Source of the DNA: Thermoanaerobaculia bacterium
Lineage (GTDB): Bacteria > Acidobacteriota > Thermoanaerobaculia > UBA5066
Assembly: GCA_963816185.1 (NCBI GenBank)
Contig: CAWFJJ010000030.1
Location: 64,001-128,000 of the forward strand
Reading direction: 5' to 3'
DNA: 64,000 bases
How positions within the stretch are numbered: position 1 is the first letter of the stretch; each line of letters begins with the position of its first letter. Both the position numbers and the translations under genes were made by a program. The notes under the pieces are model-generated. The model searched no databases and had not been told where the DNA came from. It was given only the letters and a program-made list of their open reading frames with translations. Below, piece by piece: positions 32,876-43,864 of the stretch.

Positions 32876-33077
32876 ACTGGTGGGGCGGGCGGAGATGTTG
32901 CCAGCCCTAGGGGCGACCTGCTGCGTCGCCTGTTGGTAGCGCAGGCTTCCCTCGCCCTGCCGGTTCTGCTTTAAAGGGGGAGAGTGCTTAAGTGTGAGGT
33001 GGGAAGTAATCTCTTTTTCTCCCGCTAATCAATCTCGGTCCTTTCGGTGGGCTGGGGTGGGGGTGGAGTCTTTCCCC

Positions 33078-33636
33078 ATGAACAATTTAAGCTATGCTAT
33101 TCTCGGGGGCCTGCTCCTGGGAATGGTCCTTCTGGCGGTCCCCATCTCCCTGGGATACAATTCCGCCGCCAAGTGGTTCCAGGTAAACTGGCTGGGCCTG
33201 ACCATCACCAGGCGCCTGGGGCGGGAGCAACCGCTAACCGCTGGACGGAAAACCAGCCAAAAACCCGGAAAAATTAAACGCCGGCGCCATCTTGCCGCGC
33301 CTGTGGCGACAGCGGGAACTCGCGACGGCATTAATCACCCGGTTGGGGCGCTTTTTCTGGGAAGTATGTCGGACTCTGAGCTTTCGGGACTCCGAGGCCA
33401 GCTTCTCTCTGCCCGATCCCATGTGGAACGGCGTGCTCTATGGGGTTCTGACTAATATCCGGCTCAAGAATGTCAAATTGTCGGTGAATTTCGAGAACCG
33501 CAATTATGCCAAAATGTGGGTCACGGCCTATCCTTACCGGGTGGCCTGGAAACTGGCGGTCCTGCTGCTCCGGTTGCCCTATCTCCACCTGCTGAGGTTC
33601 GCTTGGGACCTCAAACATCCAGTTAGAGAGGTTTAA
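33078..33636 (+). CDS. DUF2953/YtfI-like membrane protein, frameshifted near 33280
   Basis: N-terminal TM ending LAVPI, later DPMWNGVLYG..VNFE; directly upstream of the YtfJ-like gene. Confidence 0.55.
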
Positions 33637-33640
33637 TGAC

Positions 33641-34045
33641 ATGACCACCGTTGCCACCGAGATTATCGGCAAATTGATGGAGGAACTGCGGACCGTTGCC
33701 AAAACCGAGACCATCATGGGGAAAGAAATCCAGGTGGGGGATGTTACCCTGATCCCGGTTTCCCGAATTTCCCTGGGGATCGGCGCCGGCGGCGGCCAGG
33801 GCAGCGACAACAAAAGAACGGGAGAGGGCGGCGGCGGCGGCGGGGGAGTCATGGTCACTCCCATTGCCTTTATTGCCGTCAAAGCCGGCGAGATCACCTT
33901 CCATGGCCTGAGAAGAGGCGGCTTTTTTGAGGGACTCTTTGGGCAAATGGCGGAATTGACCGAGAAAATTCTGGCTAAGGTGCAGGAACCTGAGACCAAG
34001 CAAGCAGAACCTGAGGCAAAAAAAGCCGAACCCGAGGCCGGTTAA
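33641..34045 (+). CDS. GerW/YtfJ family protein
   Basis: TETIMGxxI..GDVTLIPVSRISLGIGAGGG...GGGGGG..VTPIAFI. Confidence 0.88.
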   Translation: MTTVATEIIGKLMEELRTVAKTETIMGKEIQVGDVTLIPVSRISLGIGAGGGQGSDNKRTGEGGGGGGGVMVTPIAFIAVKAGEITFHGLRRGGFFEGLFGQMAELTEKILAKVQEPETKQAEPEAKKAEPEAG

Positions 34046-34059
34046 TTCTGACACTTAGG

Positions 34060-35420
34060 AAAAATGGTGGGGCGGGGCAAAATGGTGGGGCGGGCGTCCC
34101 CGCCCGCCGGTCCACGTAGCCGCAGGCTTTAGCCTGCGTCTTTTTTGATCGGTCAGCCCCTGGCTGCCATAAAATTCTCTATTCTGGTGGCACCGGCGTC
34201 TCGCCTGTGTTCCGGATGTCTAGGCCGTGGGCCTGAATTTAATCTACGGTGCGTCCCACGCCCGACGACTTTTCGAACCTTGACCTTGACCTTAAACTTT
34301 AACCTTGAACTTTGAACTATCTCTTTAATCGGAGGAAAATCCATGGCCACCTTTACCTGTGAAAAATGCGGCAGCAACGTCGAAACCCGCTGCAAACCCA
34401 AGAAGTGCACCGCCTGCGGCGAATCCGGCACCATGTGCAAAGAGGTAACCGCCCCCCCTCCCCAGAAGGACAAGAAATAGCCGAATCCGCATAGTGGCGC
34501 CGGCGTCTCGCCGGCGCCCCCAGGCAGCCCGGGCCTTCCAGCCTGTGCAGGTTTACCTTTTTATGGCTCCTTCGGCCCAGGCGCAAATTATGCAAAAGCT
34601 CTGGTGGGGCGGGCCTCCGGGCCCGCCCTGTAGGGTGCGTCCCACGCACCCTCAACCACAACTTTATTGCTTTAACCCTCTCTCCACCCCTGATGCGGGA
34701 GAGGCCTGGGGTAAGTGAGGCGTAGGGGTACCGCTTGCTATGTCCTGACGCACAGAAGCAAGGCGCTCCCCTAGGTATTATCATTTAGTGGCACCGGCCT
34801 CCGGCCGGTGATTGACCCTGGCCAGAAGCCGCTGCCGCAAAATCTAGGGTGGGCACTGCCCACCTTATTCCCTAAGAACAGTTTTCTAGGCCGGGCCGCG
34901 CCCATCCCTTCCTGGCGGCCCCGGCCTGTCTTATCCCCGGACGGTGGCCCGGCGTCTCGACCAGGGGCTTCGGTAGCGCCGGCCTCCGGCTTTTGATTGA
35001 CCTCGGCTGCAAGCCTGTTTCACCATATATCAATATGACCCCGGAAAGAGTCCCTGCTTTATCCCCTCTCCCCCAATGGGGAGAGGGTTAGGGTGAGGGG
35101 GAAGTAATCTCTTTCCCGCTCCGCTTAAGCATCAACAGAGCCGCCTATAGGGCGGGCCGTGCCCGCCGCTTCCCGCCTGCGCACCCTGGTAGCCCAGGCT
35201 TTCCAGCCTCTGCCTGCTGCCGGCTGCGCCCTGCGCTCCATGAATCAGCCTAATTCCTCTCCACTGGCGCCGGCCTCCGGCCGCTGATGATTTTAGCCCC
35301 AATCCGGCAGCCGGTGCCGCCAGAAATTAATCAAAGCCGGAAAACAGCCCCATCCTTCACTCCCTCCCCCTTAGCGGGAGGAGGGCCGGGGTGGGGGTGA
35401 GTGGCTTTACTTTGTCGCCC
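34060..35420. repeat. Mosaic of many short REP-like palindromes
   Basis: e.g. GTGGGGCGGGCGTCCCCGCCCGCC, GTAGCCGCAGGCTTTAGCCTGCG, GTGGCACCGGCGTCTCGCCTGTG, GGTGCGTCCCACGC, TAGGGTGGGCACTGCCCACC, CCCTCTCCCCCAATGGGGAGAGGG. Confidence 0.8.
34343..34480 (+). CDS. RCKP-type rubredoxin-like zinc-ribbon small protein
   Basis: RBS GGAGG; MATFTCEKCGSNVETRCKPKKCTACGESGTMCK... (CxxC...RCKP..CxxC). Confidence 0.85.
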   Translation: MATFTCEKCGSNVETRCKPKKCTACGESGTMCKEVTAPPPQKDKK

Positions 35421-35745
35421 GGACTCATCACCGCCGCCACCGGCTCTTCCACATTTCCTTCCTTTCTCCGCCAAGTTATGGCATCATTAGCCATAATCTT
35501 TCCATATCTTAGGTCAAAATGCTGGGATACGGAGGTTTTAAGTCCCCCTTTCCTAAAGGGGGATTTAGGGGGATTATCAAGCGGTTATTTAATCTCACCT
35601 GCCACCCTTTAGCCAAGGCGTGATTCTTTCCAAGCTTAAAACCCCTTGGATAGATTCAAGCTGACGTCGAAAATCGGTTTTGCCATGACTTCTAAAGACT
35701 TCTTTTGCCTTTTAACTAGAAATCAGCAAACTGAAAACCGCCCTT

Positions 35746-36130
35746 ATGATTTACGGCATCGGAGTCGATCTGGTCAAGGTAGCCCGCCTCGCCGCCGCCA
35801 TCGAGCGCCACGGCGAGCGCTTCCTGAACCGCGTCTTCACCCCCCGGGAAATCGCCTATTGCCAGCGCCAGACCCGCGGCCGCGACTCCGCCTTCGCCCT
35901 GCGCTTCGCCGCCAAAGAGGCCTTCTCCAAGGCCCTGGGCGTCGGCCTGCGCCAAAACGGCATCCGCTGGCGGGAGGTGGAGGTAGTCCCCAACCCCCTG
36001 GGCAAACCCGAACTTCCGGTCACCGGCCGCGCCGCCGACCTCTGCGCCGCACGCCGGCATCACCCACATGCACCTCTCCCTCACCGACGAAAACGACCAG
36101 GCCCTGGCCGTAGTGATTTTGGAGAAGTAA
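35746..36130 (+). CDS. acpS: Holo-[acyl-carrier-protein] synthase (frameshift near 36050)
   Basis: MIYGIGVDLV, RFAAKEAFSKALG, GKP; shifted frame gives GITHMHLSLTDENDQALAVVILEK*. Confidence 0.9.
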
Positions 36131-37498
36131 TGTCTGAAGATACCCCCACCTGCCAAATCCATAAGAAATATGACTGGATTGAATGTGCCAATCCCGCCCT
36201 GCCCGGGGACCCCGAAGGCTTCTGCATCCTCCATTCCCAGGATAAGGAAAAAGACCCAGCAGCCTTTCGGGAAGCGCTGCTGTGCCCGGTGGAACCAGGA
36301 AGACCGGAATATTATGATTTTCGCGGTGTCTTTTTCCCGGTCACTTTTGACCCTCAAGATTTTTCGGAATCCCGGAAATTTACAAAAGCCGTAAATTTTT
36401 CCTAGGCCACCTTTACGAGAATGCCGATTTTTCGAGGCCACCTTTAAAGAGAGGCCGATTTTTTCGAGGCCACCTTTACGAGAGATGGCCTGATTTTTCC
36501 AGGGCCACTTTTACTGAAGGAGGCCAATTTTTCCGGATGCCACCTTTACGAGGATGGCCGATTTTTCGAGGCCACCTTTACGAAGGAGGCCGATTTTTCC
36601 GAGGCCACCTTTCATGGAGAGGCCGATTTTTCATGAAGCCACTTTTACGGAGGATAGCCGATTTTTACCGAGGCCACCTTTATGAAGGATGCGAATTTTT
36701 CCGAGGCCAGAATTCGAGGGCTGGTCGTCTTTCAGAGCCTCAATCCGCCAAGGAGAGGAGAACCGCCGCCCGCTTTTCAGGGTGATTTCAAGTATTTGGA
36801 ATTAAGCCCGGAGGCGGTGCTGCGCTTTCAGGACCTGTCCCTGGCTCAGGTGCAATTTACAGGCACCGATTTGCGCCGGGTGGAATTTCACCACGTGCAG
36901 TGGCATCCTTACCGGGGCCGCCAGGCCGTTTATGATGAGGTATTATTAAGGCAAGAAGAAAAGCAAAATCCCTGGTTCTGGACCTGGCTCTTATACGCTG
37001 AGCCCCATGCTGATCCTCCTTCCTCCTGGACAGATAAATATGGCGAAGTGGAGCGCCTCTATCGCGAACTCCAGGAAAATTATGAAAAGGCCAGGAGACT
37101 ACAAGAAGATGGGGGACTTCCACTACGGCGAAATGGAGATGCACCGCCGGGCCAACAAATGGCGCTGGTTTCCCTTCTACTGGTATAATCTCTACTGGGC
37201 CTTGAGCGGCTACGGCGAGCGCCCTTCCCGGGCCTTTATCTGGCTGGCCGCCTTTCTGGCGGTCTTTACGGGCTTGCTGGCCTGGGCCGGCCTGGAAATC
37301 CTGGACCCCAAACATAGCGCCAGTTTCGGCAATCCCTTCTTTTATCTCTTGCAAAAGGTCACCCTCCAGCGCCCCACCTGGGCCGAACCGCTGGGCTTTG
37401 GGGGCAAGCTGGTGGCCGGCCTCAGCGTCCTGCTCATCCCCGGCCAGGCGGCCCTCTTTCTCCTGGCCCTGCGCAACCGCCTGGGCCGCCGCCGCTAA
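36130..37498 (+). pseudogene. Pentapeptide-repeat protein with C-terminal membrane region; multiple frameshifts
   Basis: FCILHS...FRGVFFP, ~33-nt repeats encoding EATF..ADFS (36404-36710), YWALSGYGERPSRA, TM helices. Confidence 0.75.
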
Positions 37499-38061
37499 AG
37501 CTCGCTCAATCCCCCCTCCCCATGGTGGGAGGGGGCTAGGGGAGGGGGCGTAGGGGCGGACCCAGGTGTCCAGCCCTGATTCTGGCCGCACCCGCTAACC
37601 AGGCGGCCCTGCCACCTTTTCCCTTGGCGTCTTTTGCGCCTTGGCGCCTTTGCGTGAGCTATCTTATTTTTTCGCCCTCGACACCCAAATGCGGGTCAAC
37701 TGTCCATACCCTTCTGGAAATTTCCCTCACCTATAATAAGGTTATCCTTAATATGGAAAATATGAAATTAACCGCTCCCCCACCGCTCCACCCGGCCGCC
37801 AAGCGGCACAATAGCGGTACAACCGCGGCATTTCACCGCTGCCGGAACGGTAAACCAGCGCCTCACCAGCGGCATAAAGTTAGTACAATAAGGTACTTAT
37901 CCGAACCAAATTGCGGTAATTTTAAAACTGCCGGAACAATATTGACCGCTGGAGGCTCTAAAAGGTGCACTGAAGACGTGCAAATTCCAGCTCCCGGAAC
38001 GCCTATCCTATTGATTTTCCTGGCGATCTCTATGTGTGCACCTTAGCAAGTTGGTATCTTA

Positions 38062-38400
38062 ATGAAATCAATGGATAATCCGGACCAAAGACTGATCGTC
38101 TACGGCACCCTGGTGCCCGGAGGCCTGTATCATTATCTGCTGGCGGACCTGCCGGGCACCTGGGAGCCGTGCCTCATCCGCGGCCATATGGGCGAATATT
38201 GGGGCTTCAAGGCCTTTCACTACGACGAGCACGGCCCGGAGCACCCGGCCTGGCTCTTCACTTCCCCGGCCCTGCCCCAAAAATTCCCGGACCTGGACGC
38301 CTTCGAAGGCGAGGGCTACCGCCGCCTCATCATCCCGGCCCGTGTAGGTCTTCGCCGGGTCCGGGCCAATATTTATGAGCCCGGGAACGCACCTGAAAGA
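38062..38400 (+). CDS. Gamma-glutamylcyclotransferase (AIG2-like) family protein
   Basis: LIVYGTL, LDAFEGEGYRR, ANIY; 3' end uncertain (ORF runs on to 38592). Confidence 0.8.
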
Positions 38401-38458
38401 ACTGGGCGAATTGACTTGTTATTTCCTGGCCGCAACCTATCTTTGGAGAAAAGGAGGA

Positions 38459-38965
38459 ATGGCCATGAAAAAAACCTGGATAGGAATCGCGCTCGTGCTG
38501 GCGGCGAGCCTGGCCTGGCCGCCGCGGCCCTGGCCCAGCAGCGCGCCGCCCACCACCTCCGGCGGCTCGGGCATGGCCCTGCTCAATCTTGAAAACACCG
38601 TGGCCCTGCACGGCTACGACCCGGTCTCCTATTTTGAGCGGGAGCAGCCCAGGCAGGGCAACAAGAGAATCCTGGAAAGGGTAGGGGGGGCCACCTACTA
38701 CTTTGCCTCCCGGGCCAGCCGCTATACCTTCCTGGGGAACGCCCCGGCGTATCAGCCCCAGTTCGGCGGCTACTGCGCCACCTCCATGGCCCAGGGCCGG
38801 CTGGAGGATATCGATCCCGAAATCTTTACCATCTTTGACAACAAGCTTTATCTCTTCAAAGACGACGCGGCCCGGGCCCGGTTTCTGAGCGATCCGAGAG
38901 GGACCATTGCCGCCGCGGCGCACAACTACTTCGAGAAGGCCCAGAGCCAGCGGAGATATTATTAG
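38459..38965 (+). CDS. Secreted YHS-domain protein of the (seleno)protein-associated type, Cys form
   Basis: Signal peptide; ALHGYDPVSYF, YYFAS, YQPQFGGYCA (TGC at 38774), KLYL. Confidence 0.82.
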   Translation: MAMKKTWIGIALVLAASLAWPPRPWPSSAPPTTSGGSGMALLNLENTVALHGYDPVSYFEREQPRQGNKRILERVGGATYYFASRASRYTFLGNAPAYQPQFGGYCATSMAQGRLEDIDPEIFTIFDNKLYLFKDDAARARFLSDPRGTIAAAAHNYFEKAQSQRRYY

Positions 38966-38966
38966 G

Positions 38967-40110
38967 ATGGCGGCTGCCACGGGCCGCCCCAACCCTGGCT
39001 CGGTCGCGGCGCTGGCCTTCATCCGACTGTTATGCTGTTTAATGGTAATGTTAATTCCCCGCCGGAGCCGGGGCTGAGGAGGCCTTTCAAAAGCCGCAGC
39101 CGGGCCGCGTCTGGCAGTTCCCCGCCGACCACGGCTCCCACCCGGAGTACAAAACCGAGTGGTGGTATTGGGTGGGGCATCTCAAGTCCGCGGCAGGCGA
39201 GACCTTCGGCTACCAGCTCACCTTCTTCCGGGTGGCCTTGCGCCAACCGGACCCCCAGGCCCGTTCGGCCTGGCGCCTGAACACCGTCTATTTCGCCCAC
39301 CTGGCCGTCTCCGATCCGGCCCGAGGCCGCTTTCACTTCCGGGAAAAGGCGGGCCGGGGCGCCCTGGGGCTTTCCGGCGCGGAAGCCGGCCACCTCCGGG
39401 TCTGGATCGACGACTGGCAGGCGGAGCAGGTGGGGGAGGCCATGCACCTCCAAGCCCGGGACGAGGGCCTGGGGCTGGACTTGACCCTAACGCCCCTTAA
39501 ACCCCCGGCCTTGCACGGCGAAGGCGGCTTCAGCCGCAAGTCGGCCAAATCTGAGGCGGCCAGTTACTACTATTCCATCACCCGTCTGGATACCAAAGGT
39601 CATCTGACCCTGAATGGCCGCACCTTGGAGGTCAACGGCGCCAGCTGGATGGACCACGAGTTTTTCAGCCGCGCCATGGCCCCCGGCTTGGTGGGCTGGG
39701 ACTGGTTCGCCCTGCAACTGGACGACGGCCGGGAGGTGATGCTCTATCTCCTGCGGCATCAAGACGGCAGCCTGGACCCGGCCTCCTCCGGCACCCTGGT
39801 GGATGCTGCCGGGAAAACGCGGCATCTAAAGTTAAGCGATTTTCAGGTAAAGACCACCGGCGTCTGGAAGTCGCCCCATTCCAAGGCGGTGTATCCGGCG
39901 GGCTGGCAGATTAACCTTCCCGGGGCTGGTCTCAGTCTCACCCTGGCCCCCACCCTGGCCGACCAGGAGGTCCGGGCCGGCGCCCCGGCAAAGGTGAGCT
40001 ACTGGGAAGGGCAGGTAAAAATCCAGGGCCAGCAAGAGGGCAGCCCCATCAGCGGCTGGGGCTACGTGGAACTCACCGGATATGCGGGCGCCATGGGAGG
40101 AAGGTTTTAA
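38967..40110 (+). CDS. AttH/CrtC-like lipocalin-fold secreted hydrolase (frameshift near 39058)
   Basis: FPADHGSHPEYKTEWWY, GYQLTFFR, SYYYS, WMDHEF, GWDWF, YWEG, GYVELTGY. Confidence 0.85.
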
Positions 40111-40129
40111 GAACTGGACTTAAGAAAAA

Positions 40130-40160
40130 AAGGGGGCAGCCGCGGCCGGCCCCCCCTTAT
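40130..40160. terminator. Hairpin between convergent genes (bidirectional terminator candidate)
   Basis: A-run, GGGGGC...GCCCCCC, then T/A-rich sequence. Confidence 0.5.
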
Positions 40161-40192
40161 ATTCTATATATAAAATCCCTTTTAATCGGGCG

Positions 40193-41561
40193 TTAGCGCG
40201 TCAGCCAGCGGTCGTTGCGCACCGTCAGAAAGGCCCAGGGCTGGATCCAGTTGAGGAAGAAGAAGGCGAAGTAGGAGTAGAGGATGCCGTAGATGAACTC
40301 CAGGTCCCGCTCCTGGTGAATGTAGTAGTACATCCACACCAGGGTGAAGACCCCCAGGCCGGCAAAGAATTTCACCATGACGATGGGGTAGATGACAAAG
40401 GAAACCAGCAGCATCCCCAGAAAGAGGTAGGTCAGGGGAAACTCGATCTGGGTCATGAAGAAGTCGAGGATGGGCAGCAGCCAATGTCTTTTGCCGGTAG
40501 TTGCCGAAGATGAACTTCACCTGAACCCAGTTTTCCCGGAAGTTGCTGCGATCCCAGCGCAGGTACATGCGCACCAGGCCCCGGTAGGTTTCCGGCACCT
40601 TGGTGTAGACCAGGGCGCTGCGCTGGTAGACGGTGTAGAATCCCTGCCGCAGCACCAGATTGGTGAGGGCCCGGTCTTCGCCGATGTTGGCGGGCAGGCC
40701 CATGAAGGTCTGTTGGCGCCATTCTTCCAGAATGGGTTTGACGGCGCTGCCCCGATAGGCGGACAGGGCGCCCGGGGTGCAGGTGACGAAGCCGTACATG
40801 CTTTGTGAGGCCCGCAAAAAATCGAAGGCCAGGACGAAACGCACCGCCAGCATCCGGGCCATGAGGCAGCGGCCCCGGTTGAAGACCTTGACGTTGCCGG
40901 CCACCGCGCCCACCCGGGAGTCCTGGAGCATGGGGGCGATGACCTGGCGTACCGTGTCCGGTTTGATGATGCTGTCGGAGTCGATGGTGACGAAGAACTC
41001 ACCCTTGCCCTGGGTAAAGCCGGTATAGAGGCCCTCTTTCTTGCCCCGGTTTTTGGGGAAGCGGATGGCCTTGATGAGTTTGGGATAACGCTTCTGAGCC
41101 CGTTCGATGTAAGTCCAGGTGTCGTCCTTGGAGCCGTCATCGATGCAGATAATCTCCAGCCGATCGGCCGGATAGTCGGAGGCGGCCGCGGCGTAAATGG
41201 ACTTTTCCACCATGGCCCCTTCGTTGTAGGCCGGGATAATGACCGTCACCCGGGGCAGGTGCCCTTGGGGCAACGCATAAGGTTTATAGCGCCACCAGAG
41301 GACGGTGCGGACCAACTGGAAACCCAGGTAGGCCAGGGTAAAGCCGGCCCCCAGGCCCATCAGGGGCGAGCCGAAGCTCTTGCTGCTCAGCAGTTGGAGA
41401 TAGCCGTTGAACGAGCCGACCTTAAAGGCCACGACGAAGCAGACCGACAAGATCAAAGGGACCAGGATCTTGAGGACCAGGTCCAGAACCTGGATCCGCT
41501 GCTCTTCTTTGGACCGCCATTTGCCCTGGGGCCAGGGAAAGGCGAAAGTGGTGGTGCGCAT
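40193..41561 (-). CDS. Processive GT2 glycosyltransferase (hyaluronan synthase/NodC-like), frameshift near 40480
   Basis: IPAYNE, IDDGS, TIDSDS, CTPGALSAYR, GEDRALT, RMYLRW; C-terminal TM region ending WLTR. Confidence 0.88.
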
Positions 41562-41610
41562 ATAGCGAAAACCTCAGTATGGACAATTAGATTCTATCGG
41601 ATAGCTATTA

Positions 41611-41627
41611 TGCAAATGACTTGCCAA
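41611..41627 (-). promoter_or_regulatory. Sigma54 (-24/-12) promoter candidate for the GT2 gene
   Basis: Minus strand TTGGCAAGTCATTTGCA matches TGGCAC-N5-TTGCW, ~50 nt upstream of the ATG. Confidence 0.65.
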
Positions 41628-42007
41628 TAAAAAGCGAATAATTAACTCACTGGAATAACGATTGAATTGGTTGAGACAATTTTGTTCCAAGTTTTTGACC
41701 TGCCGATATTTCTCTACTTGAGAGAACGACCGGGAAGCATGATAAATTTTTCTCAAATTGATAATGGAACCAGCCGCGAACCGAAAAAGCTCCCGGCAAC
41801 CGCCTAAAACCCCCGGAGCCCGGGAGGGTAGGGGTAAAATTATTTTGCCGTGACGAAAATCCGGACAAAAATGAGCATTTTCTGCAGACAATAAAAGGTG
41901 CGGTTCACTTCTCAACTATCTTATGGTAAAAAGGTTTGGGAATATGGTTAGCTTATTGGATCAATCGCTGGGGCAGCGTCCCGCATTTTAAGAGATTAGG
42001 TAAACCT

Positions 42008-43447
42008 ATGGTAAATAATCAGGCACCACCGACATCGGAAGAAGCCAGCGGGCTGAAGCTCTGCGAAATAGGGCAGGAGTGCGTTGTCCCTCCCGGAACC
42101 CGCATCGTCAGCCAGGGAGAAACCCCGGAATTTTTCTATGTGATTCAGTCCGGTCGAGTGCGGGTCTTTCGGGAGACGGCAGACGGCATCCGGACCCCGT
42201 TGACGGAATTGAGCGCCGGCACTTATTTCGGCGAAGTGGCCCTGGTGACCGGCCAGCCTCGCACCGCCTCAGTGGAGTCCATAGAAGAATCCGTCCTGAT
42301 CAAGGTCTCCAAGGAAGAATTCGACCGGCTGTTGGACGATAACCCCAGACTGGCCCGCCATATTATCAATCAATTGGCCAATTGGTTGGTGACCGGGGAT
42401 AGGCGCCTGGAAAAAGAGGTGGTGCACCAGGTGAAGCTGCGCCAGATCTCCTGGTTCGACTATGCCCTCATGATCGGTTTGAGTATTATTTTTGGCGTGG
42501 TCTTTAACATTTACAACGACAATAAAATCCCGCTCATTTACGGCTGGGGCGAAAAGAACGTTATTCCCGAGATTTCTCTGACCCAGGCCCAGGAAGAGTA
42601 CCAGAAGAACCAGGTCATTTTCGTCGATGCCAGGAAAAGCGCCTTCTTTGAACAGGAGCATATCAAGGGCGCCATGAACTTGCCGCTGGTTCTGTATGAT
42701 TTGATGTTTCCCATGTTTCAGTTCACCCTGGAGCAGACCCCGGGGACCAAGGACAAGACCATTATTGTCTACGGCGGTTCGTTTAGCCGGCGGTTCGACC
42801 TCGAACTGGCCCGCCTGTTGAAAAACAAGGTTGCGAACAAGGTGGTGGCATTAAAAGACTACTCCGGCTGGGAGCACACCTTTCCTTTGGAAGAGAAGCC
42901 GCCCAAAGAAGGCGCCGCCATCTCGCTGGGTCTGGCGGGTCTGCTCGAATCGCTGCCGTTGTCCATTTTCCTGCTCATCCTAATTCCTCCCATCCGCCGC
43001 AGCCCTTACATGTCAATGGTTTGCCGACTGCTTCTGGGGGCTATCTTTATTTCCTTTGCCTTGAGCAAAATTTTGCGGCCGGCGGTCTTTGCCTTGAACA
43101 CGGTGGATTATGGCATGATGCCCGCCTGGGGGGTGAATCTCTGGGCCCTCGCCTTGCCGTGGGCCGAACTGGTGGTCGGGTTGTTCCTGGTTCTGGGCAT
43201 CCGGACCCGGGCGGCGGCTACCCTGATCGGGACCATGGAAGTTATCTTTATCGTCGGTCTGGTCAACGCCATTTTTCACCATCTGCCGATTAACTGCGGC
43301 TGTGTCGGTGAAGTGGGTGAGCCGGTTAACTGGTTGAAAGTCCTCAAAAATACCGGAGGGTTAATCATGTGCATCCAAATTTTCTTCTACGATCGTTTTT
43401 TCGTCTTGGATCGTGGAGGCTTCACCTTGCGGGATAGATCGATATGA
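42008..43447 (+). CDS. Fusion: cNMP-binding domain, TM, rhodanese-like domain, MauE/DoxX membrane domain
   Basis: YFGEVAL..QPRTASV; FVDAR...HIKGAMNLP; ALPWAELVVG...INCGC. Confidence 0.85.
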   Translation: MVNNQAPPTSEEASGLKLCEIGQECVVPPGTRIVSQGETPEFFYVIQSGRVRVFRETADGIRTPLTELSAGTYFGEVALVTGQPRTASVESIEESVLIKVSKEEFDRLLDDNPRLARHIINQLANWLVTGDRRLEKEVVHQVKLRQISWFDYALMIGLSIIFGVVFNIYNDNKIPLIYGWGEKNVIPEISLTQAQEEYQKNQVIFVDARKSAFFEQEHIKGAMNLPLVLYDLMFPMFQFTLEQTPGTKDKTIIVYGGSFSRRFDLELARLLKNKVANKVVALKDYSGWEHTFPLEEKPPKEGAAISLGLAGLLESLPLSIFLLILIPPIRRSPYMSMVCRLLLGAIFISFALSKILRPAVFALNTVDYGMMPAWGVNLWALALPWAELVVGLFLVLGIRTRAAATLIGTMEVIFIVGLVNAIFHHLPINCGCVGEVGEPVNWLKVLKNTGGLIMCIQIFFYDRFFVLDRGGFTLRDRSI

Positions 43448-43821
43448 AGAGAGAACTGCTGACGATAGCCGCGGTCCTTGGGTTGCTCCTGGTTTGCCTG
43501 GGCCTGGGAGGTTGCGGGGAGTCTCGCTCTCCCTTCGCCGGGACCTATCGGTCTGAGGAGACCTTTGCCGGGAATAAATACATCGACCTTGACCTGAAAG
43601 AGGATGGCAAGGGGACTTGGAGTCTGGCGGGGAAAACCGTGGAATTCACCTGGGTGGTGAACGAGGGCAAGGTCTGGATGTATCTCAGGACCGGGGGCAT
43701 CGTCATCGCCACCCCCAGCGACGAGGGCAAGAAGTTGTCGCTGGACATGACCGGCGACTGGCATCCCGGTTGTCCGCCCAATGCCTGTGTGACCTTTAAG
43801 CGGATCAAGGAAGGAGGATAA
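43444..43821 (+). CDS. Putative lipoprotein
   Basis: Lipobox LGGC; FAGTY; C-terminal WHPGCPPNAC; overlaps the upstream stop. Confidence 0.7.
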   Translation: MKRELLTIAAVLGLLLVCLGLGGCGESRSPFAGTYRSEETFAGNKYIDLDLKEDGKGTWSLAGKTVEFTWVVNEGKVWMYLRTGGIVIATPSDEGKKLSLDMTGDWHPGCPPNACVTFKRIKEGG

Positions 43822-43864
43822 GGCAATATTTAATCTGGCAACCCCGGGGGCGAAAATCAAGACG

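Noticed and set aside
35746-36405. AcpS fused to a downstream domain
   Set aside because: A frameshift near 36050; the real AcpS end (HLSLTDE...VILEK*) is in another frame.
36404-36710. Regularly spaced ~33-nt repeats (GAGGCCACCTTT...GCCGATTTTT) resembling a CRISPR array
   Set aside because: There are no unique spacers of CRISPR length and no cas genes; the repeats encode 11-aa pentapeptide-type units inside a protein.
37624-38046. 140-aa ORF and weakly repeated CTGCCGGAAC words
   Set aside because: Atypical composition, no RBS or motifs; the repeats are too short and irregular to call.
38774-38776. Possible Sec in the secreted YHS protein (GGYC motif)
   Set aside because: The codon is TGC (Cys); there is no in-frame TGA.
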